Source: Deltaproteobacteria bacterium
GTDB taxonomy: Bacteria > Desulfobacterota > Binatia > UBA12015
Length of the DNA: 64,000 nucleotides
Reading direction: 5' to 3'
NCBI GenBank assembly: GCA_046583355.1
Contig: JAYGCM010000045.1
Span: 10,867 to 74,866, forward strand
A program made the position numbers and the translations under genes. Below the pieces are notes generated by a model, which saw only the letters and a list, made by a program, of their open reading frames with translations, did no database searches and was not told the origin of the DNA. Position 1 is the first letter of the stretch. Each line of letters opens with the position of its first letter. This document shows positions 27,011 to 37,036 of this stretch, in pieces.

Positions 27011-29359
27011 TCAGCCGCGGCGCGGACGACGCTTGGTTCTTGCCGTCGCCGGGGCGGTCCAAGGATCTTCGGGCCAAGGGTGGCGCGGGTAGCGGCCACG
27101 GAGTTCCTTGCGAACCTCCGCGTAGGTGCTGTTCCAGAAACTCGCCAGATCCCGCGTAGTCTGAGTGGGACGTCCGTTGGGAGCCAGCAACTCCAACGTG
27201 ACCGGCCGTGCCGGCCGGCCGATCTGCGGGCTCTCGGCCAGGCCGAAGAGCTCTTGGAGCTTGACGGCGAGCACGACCTCGCCACCCTCGCGATAGTCGA
27301 GCCGGTGCCGGTGACCACTCGGCACGGCCAGCGATTCGGGTGCCAGGCGATCCAACTCAGCCCGCTGCCCATGCGGCAGCAAGGGCAGGAAATCGGCCTC
27401 GGGGAGCGACATGCGGCCGACCAAAAGCATTTCGGCCAGAGCGGCGAAATCCAGCTCGAGTCCCGCGATAGAGGCGCGTGCGCGCAGCATGCGCTCGGCC
27501 GCCCCCGGCTCGCGGCGCGCGAAGGCCTCACGCAGCAAGGGCGCGGCGGCATCGACATCCACCTTTGCTGGTTGCTCGCCGACCAACAATGCACCGATGC
27601 GGCGACGGCGCAGAGCACGGACACGGCCGGATTTCGCATCCAATTCATGCTCGACGATTTCTTCTGCCGGCGGCAGCCACTCCTTTTCAACGCGGCTCGC
27701 TACCTCCACGCGCGCCTCTGCACCCTCGCCGCGCCGCCCCGCACGCAACGCGATCGCCACCAGCCACTCGCCTTCGCGCACGCCGCTCGTCTCGGCCAGG
27801 CGCGCCCCGTGGCCGCCGGCCAGAAGCAGGCTGTCGCTGCCGGGTGTCCGACGCCGCGCCAAGCGGTCTGCATAACCGGCGAGCAAGGCCCGGCGCAGAT
27901 CGTCATCGCTGGCCTCGCCCGCAGAGGCCGCGCGCGGCAATAGCCGGCCGGCGAGGCGTTCGATCTGGTCGGCCGCGCGGCGCAGCACATTGCCGCCGCG
28001 CGAGAAGTCCACCAGACCGGATAATACATCGCTCTCGGTTGTCGGTGCGAGCCCACGCTGACGCTGCGGCGGCCCCTCGGAGAGGATCGCACAAAGCTCC
28101 GCCGCACGGCGGCTCGGCCCCGCAGCAATGAGGACACGTGCGAGCCGCGGCGCGATCGGCAGCCGGCGCATCGTGCGCCCGACCTCCGTGAGCTTACCGC
28201 CGTGCACCGCACCGAGTCCTTCCAACAGCGCCATACCCGCCTCGACTGCCTCGGTGCTCGGCGCCTCCAGCCAACCGAAGTTCCGGGGATCTTCCGACCA
28301 CGCGAGAATCTCAAGCAGTGTCGGAGCGAGGTCGATGCGGTGGATCTCAGGCTCGCGCGACGCGCGCAGCTCTTGAGCCGGATGCCAGAGCCGAATGGCC
28401 CGCCCCGGCCCGGTGCGCCCCGCACGACCTTTGCGCTGGGTTGCAGAATCCTGTGAGATACGCTCGGTCTCCAGTCGATCAATCCCGATCCGGCGATCCT
28501 GACGCATGGTCTTCTGCAACCCGGAGTCGACCACCACCGTCACCCCGTCGATGGTCACGCTGGTTTCGGCCACATTGGTCGCGAGGATGATCTTGCGCAC
28601 GCGACTCGGCGCGAGTGCCGCATCCTGCGCCTCCGCCGAGAGCGAGCCATGCAAGCGGTGGATGCGCGCGTCTCCCACCCTGCCCTGCAGCGCGCGCGCA
28701 GTCGCGTCGATCTCGCGCATGCCGGGCAAAAAGCAGAGCAGATGCCCCTCGCTCGTGGTCAGCTCCGCGCACAAAGCGTCGGCGGGCGAGACGCCGTCGC
28801 GGTATTCAACCTCAACCGGATACGGCCGGCCGGCGACTTCCACCACCGGGCAATCGCCGAGAAAACCCGAGTAGAGCCCGATATCGAGCGTTGCCGACAT
28901 CACGACAAGACGAAAATCGTCACGAGCTTCGAGCACCTCGCGCGCGAGCGCCAGCCCGAGGTCGATCTGCACGCTGCGCTCATGCACCTCGTCGAGCACC
29001 AGAGTGTGAAACTCCGAGAGCAGAGGGTCGTCCTGCAGGCGCGCCAGAAGAATCCCCTCCGTCACCACCAGAAGCTCGGTCTTTGCCGAGAATTTCTTCT
29101 CGAAACGAACCTGCCAGCCAACCTTGTCGCCGACCCGCCCCCCGGCCTCTGTCGCTATGCGTCTGGCGACACCGCGGGCCGCTACCCGTCGCGGCTGGAC
29201 CAGCAACACCTTGCCGTGGCCGAGCAGCGCCGGCGGCACCCGCGTCGTCTTGCCGGCCCCCGGCGGCGCCGTCACGACCACCGCCCTGGAGGCCGCCAGA
29301 GCGTCGCGCACCTTACCCAGCACGGCATCGATGGGAAGCGAGTTACGCGAGACGGCCAC
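27011..29359 (-). CDS. hrpB: ATP-dependent helicase HrpB
   Basis: APPGAGKTT, QPRRVAA, DEVHERS, MSATL, ATNVAETSVTI, QRKGRAGR, C-terminal ELRGRYPRHPWPEDP. Confidence 0.95.
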   Translation of the reverse strand: MAVSRNSLPIDAVLGKVRDALAASRAVVVTAPPGAGKTTRVPPALLGHGKVLLVQPRRVAARGVARRIATEAGGRVGDKVGWQVRFEKKFSAKTELLVVTEGILLARLQDDPLLSEFHTLVLDEVHERSVQIDLGLALAREVLEARDDFRLVVMSATLDIGLYSGFLGDCPVVEVAGRPYPVEVEYRDGVSPADALCAELTTSEGHLLCFLPGMREIDATARALQGRVGDARIHRLHGSLSAEAQDAALAPSRVRKIILATNVAETSVTIDGVTVVVDSGLQKTMRQDRRIGIDRLETERISQDSATQRKGRAGRTGPGRAIRLWHPAQELRASREPEIHRIDLAPTLLEILAWSEDPRNFGWLEAPSTEAVEAGMALLEGLGAVHGGKLTEVGRTMRRLPIAPRLARVLIAAGPSRRAAELCAILSEGPPQRQRGLAPTTESDVLSGLVDFSRGGNVLRRAADQIERLAGRLLPRAASAGEASDDDLRRALLAGYADRLARRRTPGSDSLLLAGGHGARLAETSGVREGEWLVAIALRAGRRGEGAEARVEVASRVEKEWLPPAEEIVEHELDAKSGRVRALRRRRIGALLVGEQPAKVDVDAAAPLLREAFARREPGAAERMLRARASIAGLELDFAALAEMLLVGRMSLPEADFLPLLPHGQRAELDRLAPESLAVPSGHRHRLDYREGGEVVLAVKLQELFGLAESPQIGRPARPVTLELLAPNGRPTQTTRDLASFWNSTYAEVRKELRGRYPRHPWPEDPWTAPATARTKRRPRRG

Positions 29360-29500
29360 GTCGTTCCTTAGGGTTTGCAGGCACCCGGTCGCCACTGGAA
29401 GCTCGGCCTAAAGGTCGGACGGCATTCGAGGGCTGCTCGGTGACCTTCCGCACCCACCTGTCAACGTGACCTGATGAGACCGGACGGCTAGAGGTCGGCA

Positions 29501-30601
<1,101 letters not shown>

Positions 30602-30634
30602 GCGCAGTACGCCAAACAGCCCAGAACTCATGTT

Positions 30635-30748
30635 TTCGAGAGGGCATCAGGGGACGTTACTTACCTCACCCCGATTCCTTACCTCGCATCCTGCCGCTTG
30701 TGCTCCCGACCACGTAGCGAGAAGTCTGGGCTTCGCTGATCCCGAGAT
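30635..30748 (+). repeat. Left imperfect inverted repeat of the ychF-adjacent cassette
   Basis: Core 30645-30719 matches the reverse complement of 33558-33632 at 65/75 by hand alignment; weaker similarity extends on both sides. Confidence 0.85.
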
Positions 30749-30900
30749 GGCGTGACGCATCGGCCTGGCGCACAGCGCAATCGCGAACCGCCCGGACTAT
30801 GAAGGCTCGATAGAACACGGCCGCCCAAGGGGCCGAGCCTGAGCGACCGCCGTGGCGCACCGGCTCGCGCTCGCTTTCAGATGCGCTACCGTCACCTCCG

Positions 30901-31695
30901 ATGCCGACCGACTTCACGACTTTACTCTGGCTGCTCAAGCTCGGAGCCCTGGTCAACCTCTACTTCCTCGCGCAAAGCCTGGCGCTCCCGCCCGCCATAG
31001 CCGACCCCCAGATCGTCGTTCCGGCACAGATCCTCTTCGCCGTCTCGGCCTACCGTTGCCTCTTCCCCAACCGCTACAAGAACAACGTCGTCTTCCACGC
31101 CACACCACTGTCTTCGACCCTGGTCACGCGCGTGCTCGCGACCGCCGTCGAGGTCGCCTGGATCTACCAATTTGCCTACGTGATCCGCCTGCTGAACGTC
31201 GATGACGTCGCCTGGGTGAACGTCCTCTCCTGGCTGATGCTCGCCCAGGTCGTGATCTCGCAGGGATTCGTCTGGGGTGCGATTCTCACCGGGCGCTTGG
31301 AACTCTATTTTTACGAAGAGCTCGGCTGGGGCCTGATTTTCGCAGCCAACACTCTCGCCAGCGCATTTCTCTACTGGACAATCGACTCATTGGGCGAACG
31401 CGAGATCCTGCTCCAGCTGAACCTGCTCTTCGGCTTGATCTACCTGCCGTGGCAACTCATCCACCTTCGCTGGCTCCGCGCCGACGCAAGAGCCGAAGCG
31501 GACCGTGCCGAAGCCCACGAAGCGGCAACCTGGGCATCGGTGCGCAAACGCCTGTACCAATCCTTGCACGAGACCAACCGAGCCACCGACGCGGCCTCGT
31601 GGGGCGGCGCCGTCGGCCTGGTCTGGATGACGGCCTATTGGGCCAGCCTGATCCCACTCTGGGTGCATCAGGTCGTGGTCGTCTTCGCGGGTTGA
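30901..31695 (+). CDS. Hypothetical polytopic membrane protein
   Basis: 264 aa with about 7-8 hydrophobic segments; no family recognised. Confidence 0.8.
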   Translation: MPTDFTTLLWLLKLGALVNLYFLAQSLALPPAIADPQIVVPAQILFAVSAYRCLFPNRYKNNVVFHATPLSSTLVTRVLATAVEVAWIYQFAYVIRLLNVDDVAWVNVLSWLMLAQVVISQGFVWGAILTGRLELYFYEELGWGLIFAANTLASAFLYWTIDSLGEREILLQLNLLFGLIYLPWQLIHLRWLRADARAEADRAEAHEAATWASVRKRLYQSLHETNRATDAASWGGAVGLVWMTAYWASLIPLWVHQVVVVFAG

Positions 31696-31823
31696 GCGCC
31701 CCCCACACTCGCCCGGGATCGAGTCCCGCGACCGCCCTTGCCCAGCCGCCGGACTGCGTCCCGCTGCGCTGAGCCAACGGCGGACCCGGCATCCCCTCGA
31801 CAGGCCCTCGTCTTCCGGAGAGC

Positions 31824-33431
31824 ATGTCTGCGATGACACAAGCCAAACGCCGTCGGGCCGCCTGCCTTCTTTTCCCGCTCGCCGTAATTCTCGGCTTTGC
31901 GTCGGGTTGCGCCGATTCGGATGTCATCGGGGAGCCGCGCCCCCCGTGTCTGCCCGACGAATCGGCCGTTGCAATCCACACGACCGAATCCGGCCTGCGC
32001 TACGTCCGCACACCCGAGGAGCGCTTCGCCGATCTCCCCGGCTTCCCCTTCGAGCCGCACTACCGGACGATCGACGGCCTGCGCATGCATTATATTGACG
32101 AAGGTCCGGCCGACGGCGAAATCATATTGCTGCTACACGGCCAGCCGAGTTGGTCCTACCTCTATCGCAAGATGATCACTTCACTGGCCGGCCTCGGTCG
32201 CCGCGTCATCGCCGTCGACTTCGTGGGACTCGGCCGCTCCGACAAGCCCATCGAGCTTGCGGCCTATACCTACGACCAGCACACGCAATGGGCCTGGCGC
32301 TTCATCCAGGATCTCGACCTGCAATCGATCACGCTCTTCGGCCAGGATTGGGGCGGCCTGATCGGCCTGCGTATCGCCGGCGAGCACCCCGAGCGCTTCG
32401 CCCGCATCGTCGCCGCCAACACGATGCTGCTATCGCTGCCGCCGGGTGCGAATCCATTTCAGCTTCCGACATCCACCGAGGTCGATTGCTCCCTGGGCGA
32501 TTTCGAGGGTTTCGGAGACTTCGATCAGTGGATCGAGTGGGCGATGCGCACGCCGACATTCCGACCGAGCCAGGTTGTCGAGAGCGCCACCGAGATCGAA
32601 CTGAGCGCAAGCGAAGCACGCGCCTATGACGCTCCCTACCCGAGTCGGCTCTACACCGCCGCTATCCGGCGCTTTCCCGCCATGGTTGCCGAGATTGAGG
32701 AGCAGGCCTCCGTCGCACTGGCCGGTCTGGCTGTGTACGACAAACCCTTCCTCACACTCTTCGGCGCGCTGGATCCCGTTCTCGGTTCCGAGGGCATGCA
32801 GAATGCCCTGATCGCGCTCGTGCCGGGTGCCCGCGGCCCCCACCATGACCGTTTTGCCGCGCAACATTTCCTCCAGGAGGATGTCGGAGTCGATCTCGGC
32901 GAGGCGATTCATTTCTTCATGATGGCTCACCCCGCCGGTCGCCCCGTCTGCTGGGTGCCGCCGGAGCCGGAGAGCGTTCTGGACTGCGTCGCCGTTTGCG
33001 ATCATGTGTTTGCCTGCAACCCCGAAGGCTTCTCGGCGGGCTTCTGCCGCCAGACCTGCGGCGTCGTCCAGCCCTACCTGACCCTTGAGTCCTCCTCCGG
33101 CGTCATGCCGTGCCTGGTCGAGCGCGAATGCGAAAACTTCACGAATTTCGGCCAGCTGCTTGACGGTTGCATGCCGACCCTCTTCCCCACGCTCACAATC
33201 GCGCCGGGCAACGCCGAGGCATGTGCTACCATGAGTGCGGCAATTTCGGCCTGCGACCCGGAAAGTATCTTCGCTGCTGTCTGCTCCGGGCTCTCGTTCG
33301 TGCTCGGCAGTCAGACCGTCACGCGCATGAGCGAATGCTCCGCTGTAAGCTGCGACGAAATGCGGGCCTGCTTCCTCGAGGCCAATTGCATGTTCACCTT
33401 CGACCAGCGCGGCGCGATCCCGCGGGAGTAG
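31824..33431 (+). CDS. Haloalkane dehalogenase-like lipoprotein with Cys-rich C-terminal domain
   Basis: Lipobox-like ASGC; VRTPEERF..LP, HGQPSWSYLYRKMI, GRSDKP, QDWGG, AYDAPYP, DPVLG, HFLQED; 16 Cys in the last ~165 aa. Confidence 0.85.
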   Translation: MSAMTQAKRRRAACLLFPLAVILGFASGCADSDVIGEPRPPCLPDESAVAIHTTESGLRYVRTPEERFADLPGFPFEPHYRTIDGLRMHYIDEGPADGEIILLLHGQPSWSYLYRKMITSLAGLGRRVIAVDFVGLGRSDKPIELAAYTYDQHTQWAWRFIQDLDLQSITLFGQDWGGLIGLRIAGEHPERFARIVAANTMLLSLPPGANPFQLPTSTEVDCSLGDFEGFGDFDQWIEWAMRTPTFRPSQVVESATEIELSASEARAYDAPYPSRLYTAAIRRFPAMVAEIEEQASVALAGLAVYDKPFLTLFGALDPVLGSEGMQNALIALVPGARGPHHDRFAAQHFLQEDVGVDLGEAIHFFMMAHPAGRPVCWVPPEPESVLDCVAVCDHVFACNPEGFSAGFCRQTCGVVQPYLTLESSSGVMPCLVERECENFTNFGQLLDGCMPTLFPTLTIAPGNAEACATMSAAISACDPESIFAAVCSGLSFVLGSQTVTRMSECSAVSCDEMRACFLEANCMFTFDQRGAIPRE

Positions 33432-33456
33432 AAGACCATCGCGGCTCAACAGAGCG

Positions 33457-33516
33457 TGGTCACGCGAGTGCTCGCAACCGCCGTCGAGGTCGCCTGGATC
33501 TACCAATTTGCCTACG
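33457..33516 (+). repeat. 60-bp direct copy of 31121-31180
   Basis: 58/60 identical to an internal segment of the 30901-31695 gene. Confidence 0.92.
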
Positions 33517-33520
33517 AGGA

Positions 33521-33643
33521 AATCGGCGATCAGCAGGAACCCTCCGTGCTGTCGTCCCGCTACTTGGCCGGGAGGACCAGCAGCAGGACGCGAGGTAAGG
33601 AATCGGGGTGGGGTAAGACACGTCCCCCGATGACCGTCCCGAA
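33521..33643 (-). repeat. Right imperfect inverted repeat of the ychF-adjacent cassette
   Basis: Reverse complement of 30635-30748; contains the shared core GCGAGGTAAGGAATCGGGGTG. Confidence 0.85.
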
Positions 33644-33672
33644 TGCAGGCCTACTTTTCGGCCGTGCCTCTA
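33643..33672 (-). repeat. Solo end of the hairpin element
   Basis: ATGCAGGCCTACTTTTCGGCCGTGCCTCTA is identical to 63121-63150. Confidence 0.88.
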
Positions 33673-33683
33673 AAAGTCCGGCA

Positions 33684-34109
33684 TCACCGGGCGAGATCGT
33701 CGGCGGGGCGGAAAACCGGAAGGGCCAGATCTTCATTGAGATCCTCGAAGGTCACCTGGACCGGCATCCCGATGGCAACCTTGTCGGGGGCGATATCGAC
33801 CAGGTTGGTGAGCATCTGCACGCCTTCGTCCAACAGCACGTAGGCCAGCACATAGGGCGTACGGCCGGCGAAGGCCGGTGCCTGATTCTGGTAGGTGATG
33901 GTAAAAGTATAGACCTCGCCGCGGCCGCTCGCGCCTACCCATTCGGTTTCGCTTGACAAGCACGCGGGGCAGAGCGCGCGAGGGTGGTAGCGCAAAGCGC
34001 CGCAGCTGCGGCAACGCTGCAGCACGAGCTCGTGGCGGCGGCACGCCTCCCAGAAACCGCGTGATTCTTCATTGACGCGAGGCAGGGATCGTTCGCTCAT
34101 CGTCGCCAC
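33684..34109 (-). CDS. DUF35/ChsH2-like Zn-ribbon OB-fold protein
   Basis: FWEAC....L.LQRC..CG....PR..CP.C, G.VYTFT, IGMPV.V.F; follows the thiolase-fold gene. Confidence 0.9.
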   Translation of the reverse strand: MATMSERSLPRVNEESRGFWEACRRHELVLQRCRSCGALRYHPRALCPACLSSETEWVGASGRGEVYTFTITYQNQAPAFAGRTPYVLAYVLLDEGVQMLTNLVDIAPDKVAIGMPVQVTFEDLNEDLALPVFRPADDLAR

Positions 34110-34113
34110 CTTG

Positions 34114-35265
34114 TCATGCCTGCCCCAGGATCAGCGTGGCGCCGGAATGCTGCACGCCGAGCCAACCGCCGGTACCATGACAAAGAGCAGTACGGGCGTT
34201 CTCGACTTGACGCGCGCCGGCCTCGCCACGCAATTGTCGCACCGCCTCGATGACGAGGAAGATTCCGCGCATGCCAGGATGGTTCGACGAGAGCCCGCCC
34301 CCATCCGGGTTGACCGGCAAATGACCGGCCAGACCGATGCCGCCTTTCTCGACGAAGGCACCCCCTTCGCCCGGCTTGCAGAAGCCGAGGTTCTCCAAGG
34401 TCGAGATCACAGTAATGGTGAAGGAGTCGTAGATCATCGCGAGGTCGATCTCGTCGTGACCGATGCCGGCGCGCTCGAGCGCACGCGCGCCGGATTGGCG
34501 TGCCGCAATATCGAGGATATCGCGCTGCCCCATCCCATTATGACGCACCGCCGAACCGGTGCCGAGCAGGACCACCGACGGCCGCGGTAGATCGCGCGCA
34601 TGCTCGGCCGAGGTCACGATGAGCGCACCGGCACCATCGGAGATCATGCAACAATCGAGAAGATGAAGCGGCGAGGAGACCAGCCGCGACGCCAGCACAT
34701 CGTCTACCGTGATCGGATCTCTATATTTGGCATGCTCGTTGAGCGCCGCATGTTGGCGCATCGTCACGGCCACCTCGGCGAGTTGCTCCGAGGTCGTGCC
34801 GAACTCATGCATATGGCGGTGCGCCACCATGCCGTAGGCACCGACGATGGTCGGCCCGTAAGGCGTTATGAACTCATCGGGCGGCTCGCCCCCGGTGGCG
34901 CCGCCCGTGCCGACCGCAAAGCGATCCGACGCCGCGGTACTCGCGTAGGTGATCAGAACGGTGCGACAGAGTCCGGCACGGATCGCCGCACCCGCATTGG
35001 CGACGTGGGCGACAAATGAAGAGCCGCCGATACTCGTCGAATCGACCCAATCCGGATTGAGATTCAGATGGTGGCACATCGACATCACGCCAATAGGCCC
35101 CACTCCGCTGGTCGCGTAACCATCGATATCGGCCAGCGTCAGGCCCGCGTCTTCCAGCGCGCCGCGCGCCGCCTCCGCGGCGAGCTGGTAGGCGGTTTTG
35201 TCCGGCGCAAAACGGCGTGGATGTTCATACACGCCGGCGATGGCGATCTCGCGATGCAGGCTCAT
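34114..35265 (-). CDS. Thiolase-fold protein (SCP2/Ltp2-like, lacks nucleophilic Cys)
   Basis: LHLLDCCMISDGAGA, YDSFT, NPDGGGLS..HPG, EAVRQLRGEAG.RQV; IGGSS at the usual Cys site. Confidence 0.85.
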   Translation of the reverse strand: MSLHREIAIAGVYEHPRRFAPDKTAYQLAAEAARGALEDAGLTLADIDGYATSGVGPIGVMSMCHHLNLNPDWVDSTSIGGSSFVAHVANAGAAIRAGLCRTVLITYASTAASDRFAVGTGGATGGEPPDEFITPYGPTIVGAYGMVAHRHMHEFGTTSEQLAEVAVTMRQHAALNEHAKYRDPITVDDVLASRLVSSPLHLLDCCMISDGAGALIVTSAEHARDLPRPSVVLLGTGSAVRHNGMGQRDILDIAARQSGARALERAGIGHDEIDLAMIYDSFTITVISTLENLGFCKPGEGGAFVEKGGIGLAGHLPVNPDGGGLSSNHPGMRGIFLVIEAVRQLRGEAGARQVENARTALCHGTGGWLGVQHSGATLILGQA

Positions 35266-36059
35266 GCGCAGACCTCCTCGAGGATCGCATTCACGGCGTC
35301 CGGGTTCTCCATCTGCGCCACATGCCCCGCCCTCTCGACCGTATCGACCGTGGTCCCCACAGCCACTGCCAGATCGTCGGCCGAGGCCGCCGACAGGAGG
35401 CGATCCTCCGCACCACGCACGACACGCACGGGAACGTCCAATGTACCGAGCCGCGCGAAAATTTCTGCATCGCTTTGCAGACGCATATCCTGCAGGCGCA
35501 CCCGCGGGTCGGTCTGCACCAAGGCACCGAAGAAGGCGCGCATCACCTCGGGCGCGGTACCCTTGGCGAAATAGGGAGTGTCAAAGAATTGGCCGCGCAA
35601 GCCGGAGGTGACGGCTGCCAATTTCTCGAGCTCGACCTCGGGCATGGCGCAGCGCCGGCCGGTGCCGATCGTCACGACCGCGCGGACCCGTGCGGGGGCG
35701 GCAAGCGCCGCCGCGAGAGCGATCAGGCCGCCAAGCCCGTGCCCCACCACAACGGCGGGAGGCGCCGCCAGATGGCCAAGCGCGCGCAGCACAACGGCGG
35801 CCGCGTCCTCGATCGTCGCCGGCCCCGCAAGGCCGGTTGAGCGGCCATGCCCGGGCAAGTCGAGTGCGAGCGGGCTATGCGCGGCGGCGAAATGCGCGAG
35901 CTGTGGTGCGAAATGGGGCGCGCTGCCGCCCGCACCCGCAACAAAAAGAAGCGCCGTACCGCGCGCCAGCGGCGGCGGCATATCGGGCAAAGTCGTCGTG
36001 CCGGAGTAGAGGCAGCGCAGCACCCTATCATCTCCGAGGTCGAGGAATTTCGTCGGCAC
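35262..36059 (-). CDS. Alpha/beta-fold hydrolase-like protein (nucleophile Ser replaced by Gly)
   Basis: DLPGHG.S, VGHGLGG, G.ED, AGH...E.P. Confidence 0.75.
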   Translation of the reverse strand: MPTKFLDLGDDRVLRCLYSGTTTLPDMPPPLARGTALLFVAGAGGSAPHFAPQLAHFAAAHSPLALDLPGHGRSTGLAGPATIEDAAAVVLRALGHLAAPPAVVVGHGLGGLIALAAALAAPARVRAVVTIGTGRRCAMPEVELEKLAAVTSGLRGQFFDTPYFAKGTAPEVMRAFFGALVQTDPRVRLQDMRLQSDAEIFARLGTLDVPVRVVRGAEDRLLSAASADDLAVAVGTTVDTVERAGHVAQMENPDAVNAILEEVCA

Positions 36060-36129
36060 GCCTCTGCCTACCCCGCCGGACCCCGGCAGAGCAATCGCCG
36101 CGAAGGGGCGCCTGCCGAAACCGCTTTGA

Positions 36130-37029
36130 CTATACGAGTACGGGGAGTGCCGCCGACAACCCGATCCCCACCAGGCAGAGAATTGTCAGGAAGGGAAAGC
36201 GCTTCGCCATATAGCCCCGCTGGAAAGGCTCGCTCAGTTTCCACATGCCCGCATCGAGGACGAAATGCGCCATGACCACGCCCAATCCGAGGGTGAAGAA
36301 TTGGTTCTCGGTGCAGAGAAGAAGCGGGTAGCCGACGGCCACCGTAATCAGCAGCATCGTCAGCATGGGACGCCAGTCAAATTTTGCGGGCGACGTGACA
36401 CGGCCCAGGAAGACGAAATATTGCAACCCATGCGCCAGCGCGAAGCCCATAATCGCCGGGAACACATCATCAAATAAATAAAGGGGGAGATAGAAGGCCA
36501 GCCCGACGACCATCGCCACCGTGCGGATGGACGAGCCCGGCGAGCCTTGCCGCCAGACATCGAGAACCCAGATGCCCCAGCCGGCTGTCATCAAGCCGGC
36601 GGACAAAGCCCAGGGCGAAGCACCGAGAAAGGCCAGCGAGGGCGAGTTCATCATCTGGACGATGCCGACAATCCCCGCGGCCGAGGTCAGCTGCAGGGCG
36701 CGCGCTTCGGCCGGCCGCACCGAGGCGCCCTCCGCACGGCCGAGGAAACTCAGAATTCCGTAATTCTGCCGGGAATAATGATGCGCCTGCCAGGCCCAAT
36801 ATCCACCGATGAGCAGAAGGCTGATGGCGTCGCGCAGCTCGCCTTCGCCCAACCCCCCGGCCATCGAGGTCGCGAGCGGAAAGCCGACGATGATGGCGAG
36901 TACCGCGACGACAAAACGACGGGGGCGCTGGTACAGCAGGAAAGGACGCGTTTCGGCGTCGGCATAGAAATAGAAGCTGGCAGCCACATGCGCTTGCGAA
37001 CCGGCCGAGTTGCGCGGAAAGCGCCGCAT
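36130..37029 (-). CDS. Hypothetical membrane protein, possibly 5'-truncated
   Basis: Multiple TM helices with HV.AS, WQ.HHY.RQNYG, HGLQY and HF.LD..W motifs; start abuts the divergent gene. Confidence 0.6.
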   Translation of the reverse strand: MRRFPRNSAGSQAHVAASFYFYADAETRPFLLYQRPRRFVVAVLAIIVGFPLATSMAGGLGEGELRDAISLLLIGGYWAWQAHHYSRQNYGILSFLGRAEGASVRPAEARALQLTSAAGIVGIVQMMNSPSLAFLGASPWALSAGLMTAGWGIWVLDVWRQGSPGSSIRTVAMVVGLAFYLPLYLFDDVFPAIMGFALAHGLQYFVFLGRVTSPAKFDWRPMLTMLLITVAVGYPLLLCTENQFFTLGLGVVMAHFVLDAGMWKLSEPFQRGYMAKRFPFLTILCLVGIGLSAALPVLV

Positions 37030-37036
37030 CGCTTCG

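Noticed and set aside
31121..33516. Diversity-generating retroelement TR/VR pair
   Set aside because: Only two A-specific differences, both synonymous; the target is mid-gene in a membrane protein; no reverse transcriptase or avd in the window
33456..33956. 166-aa ORF starting with the duplicated segment
   Set aside because: Chimera of the 60-bp copy, two repeats and the antisense of the DUF35 gene
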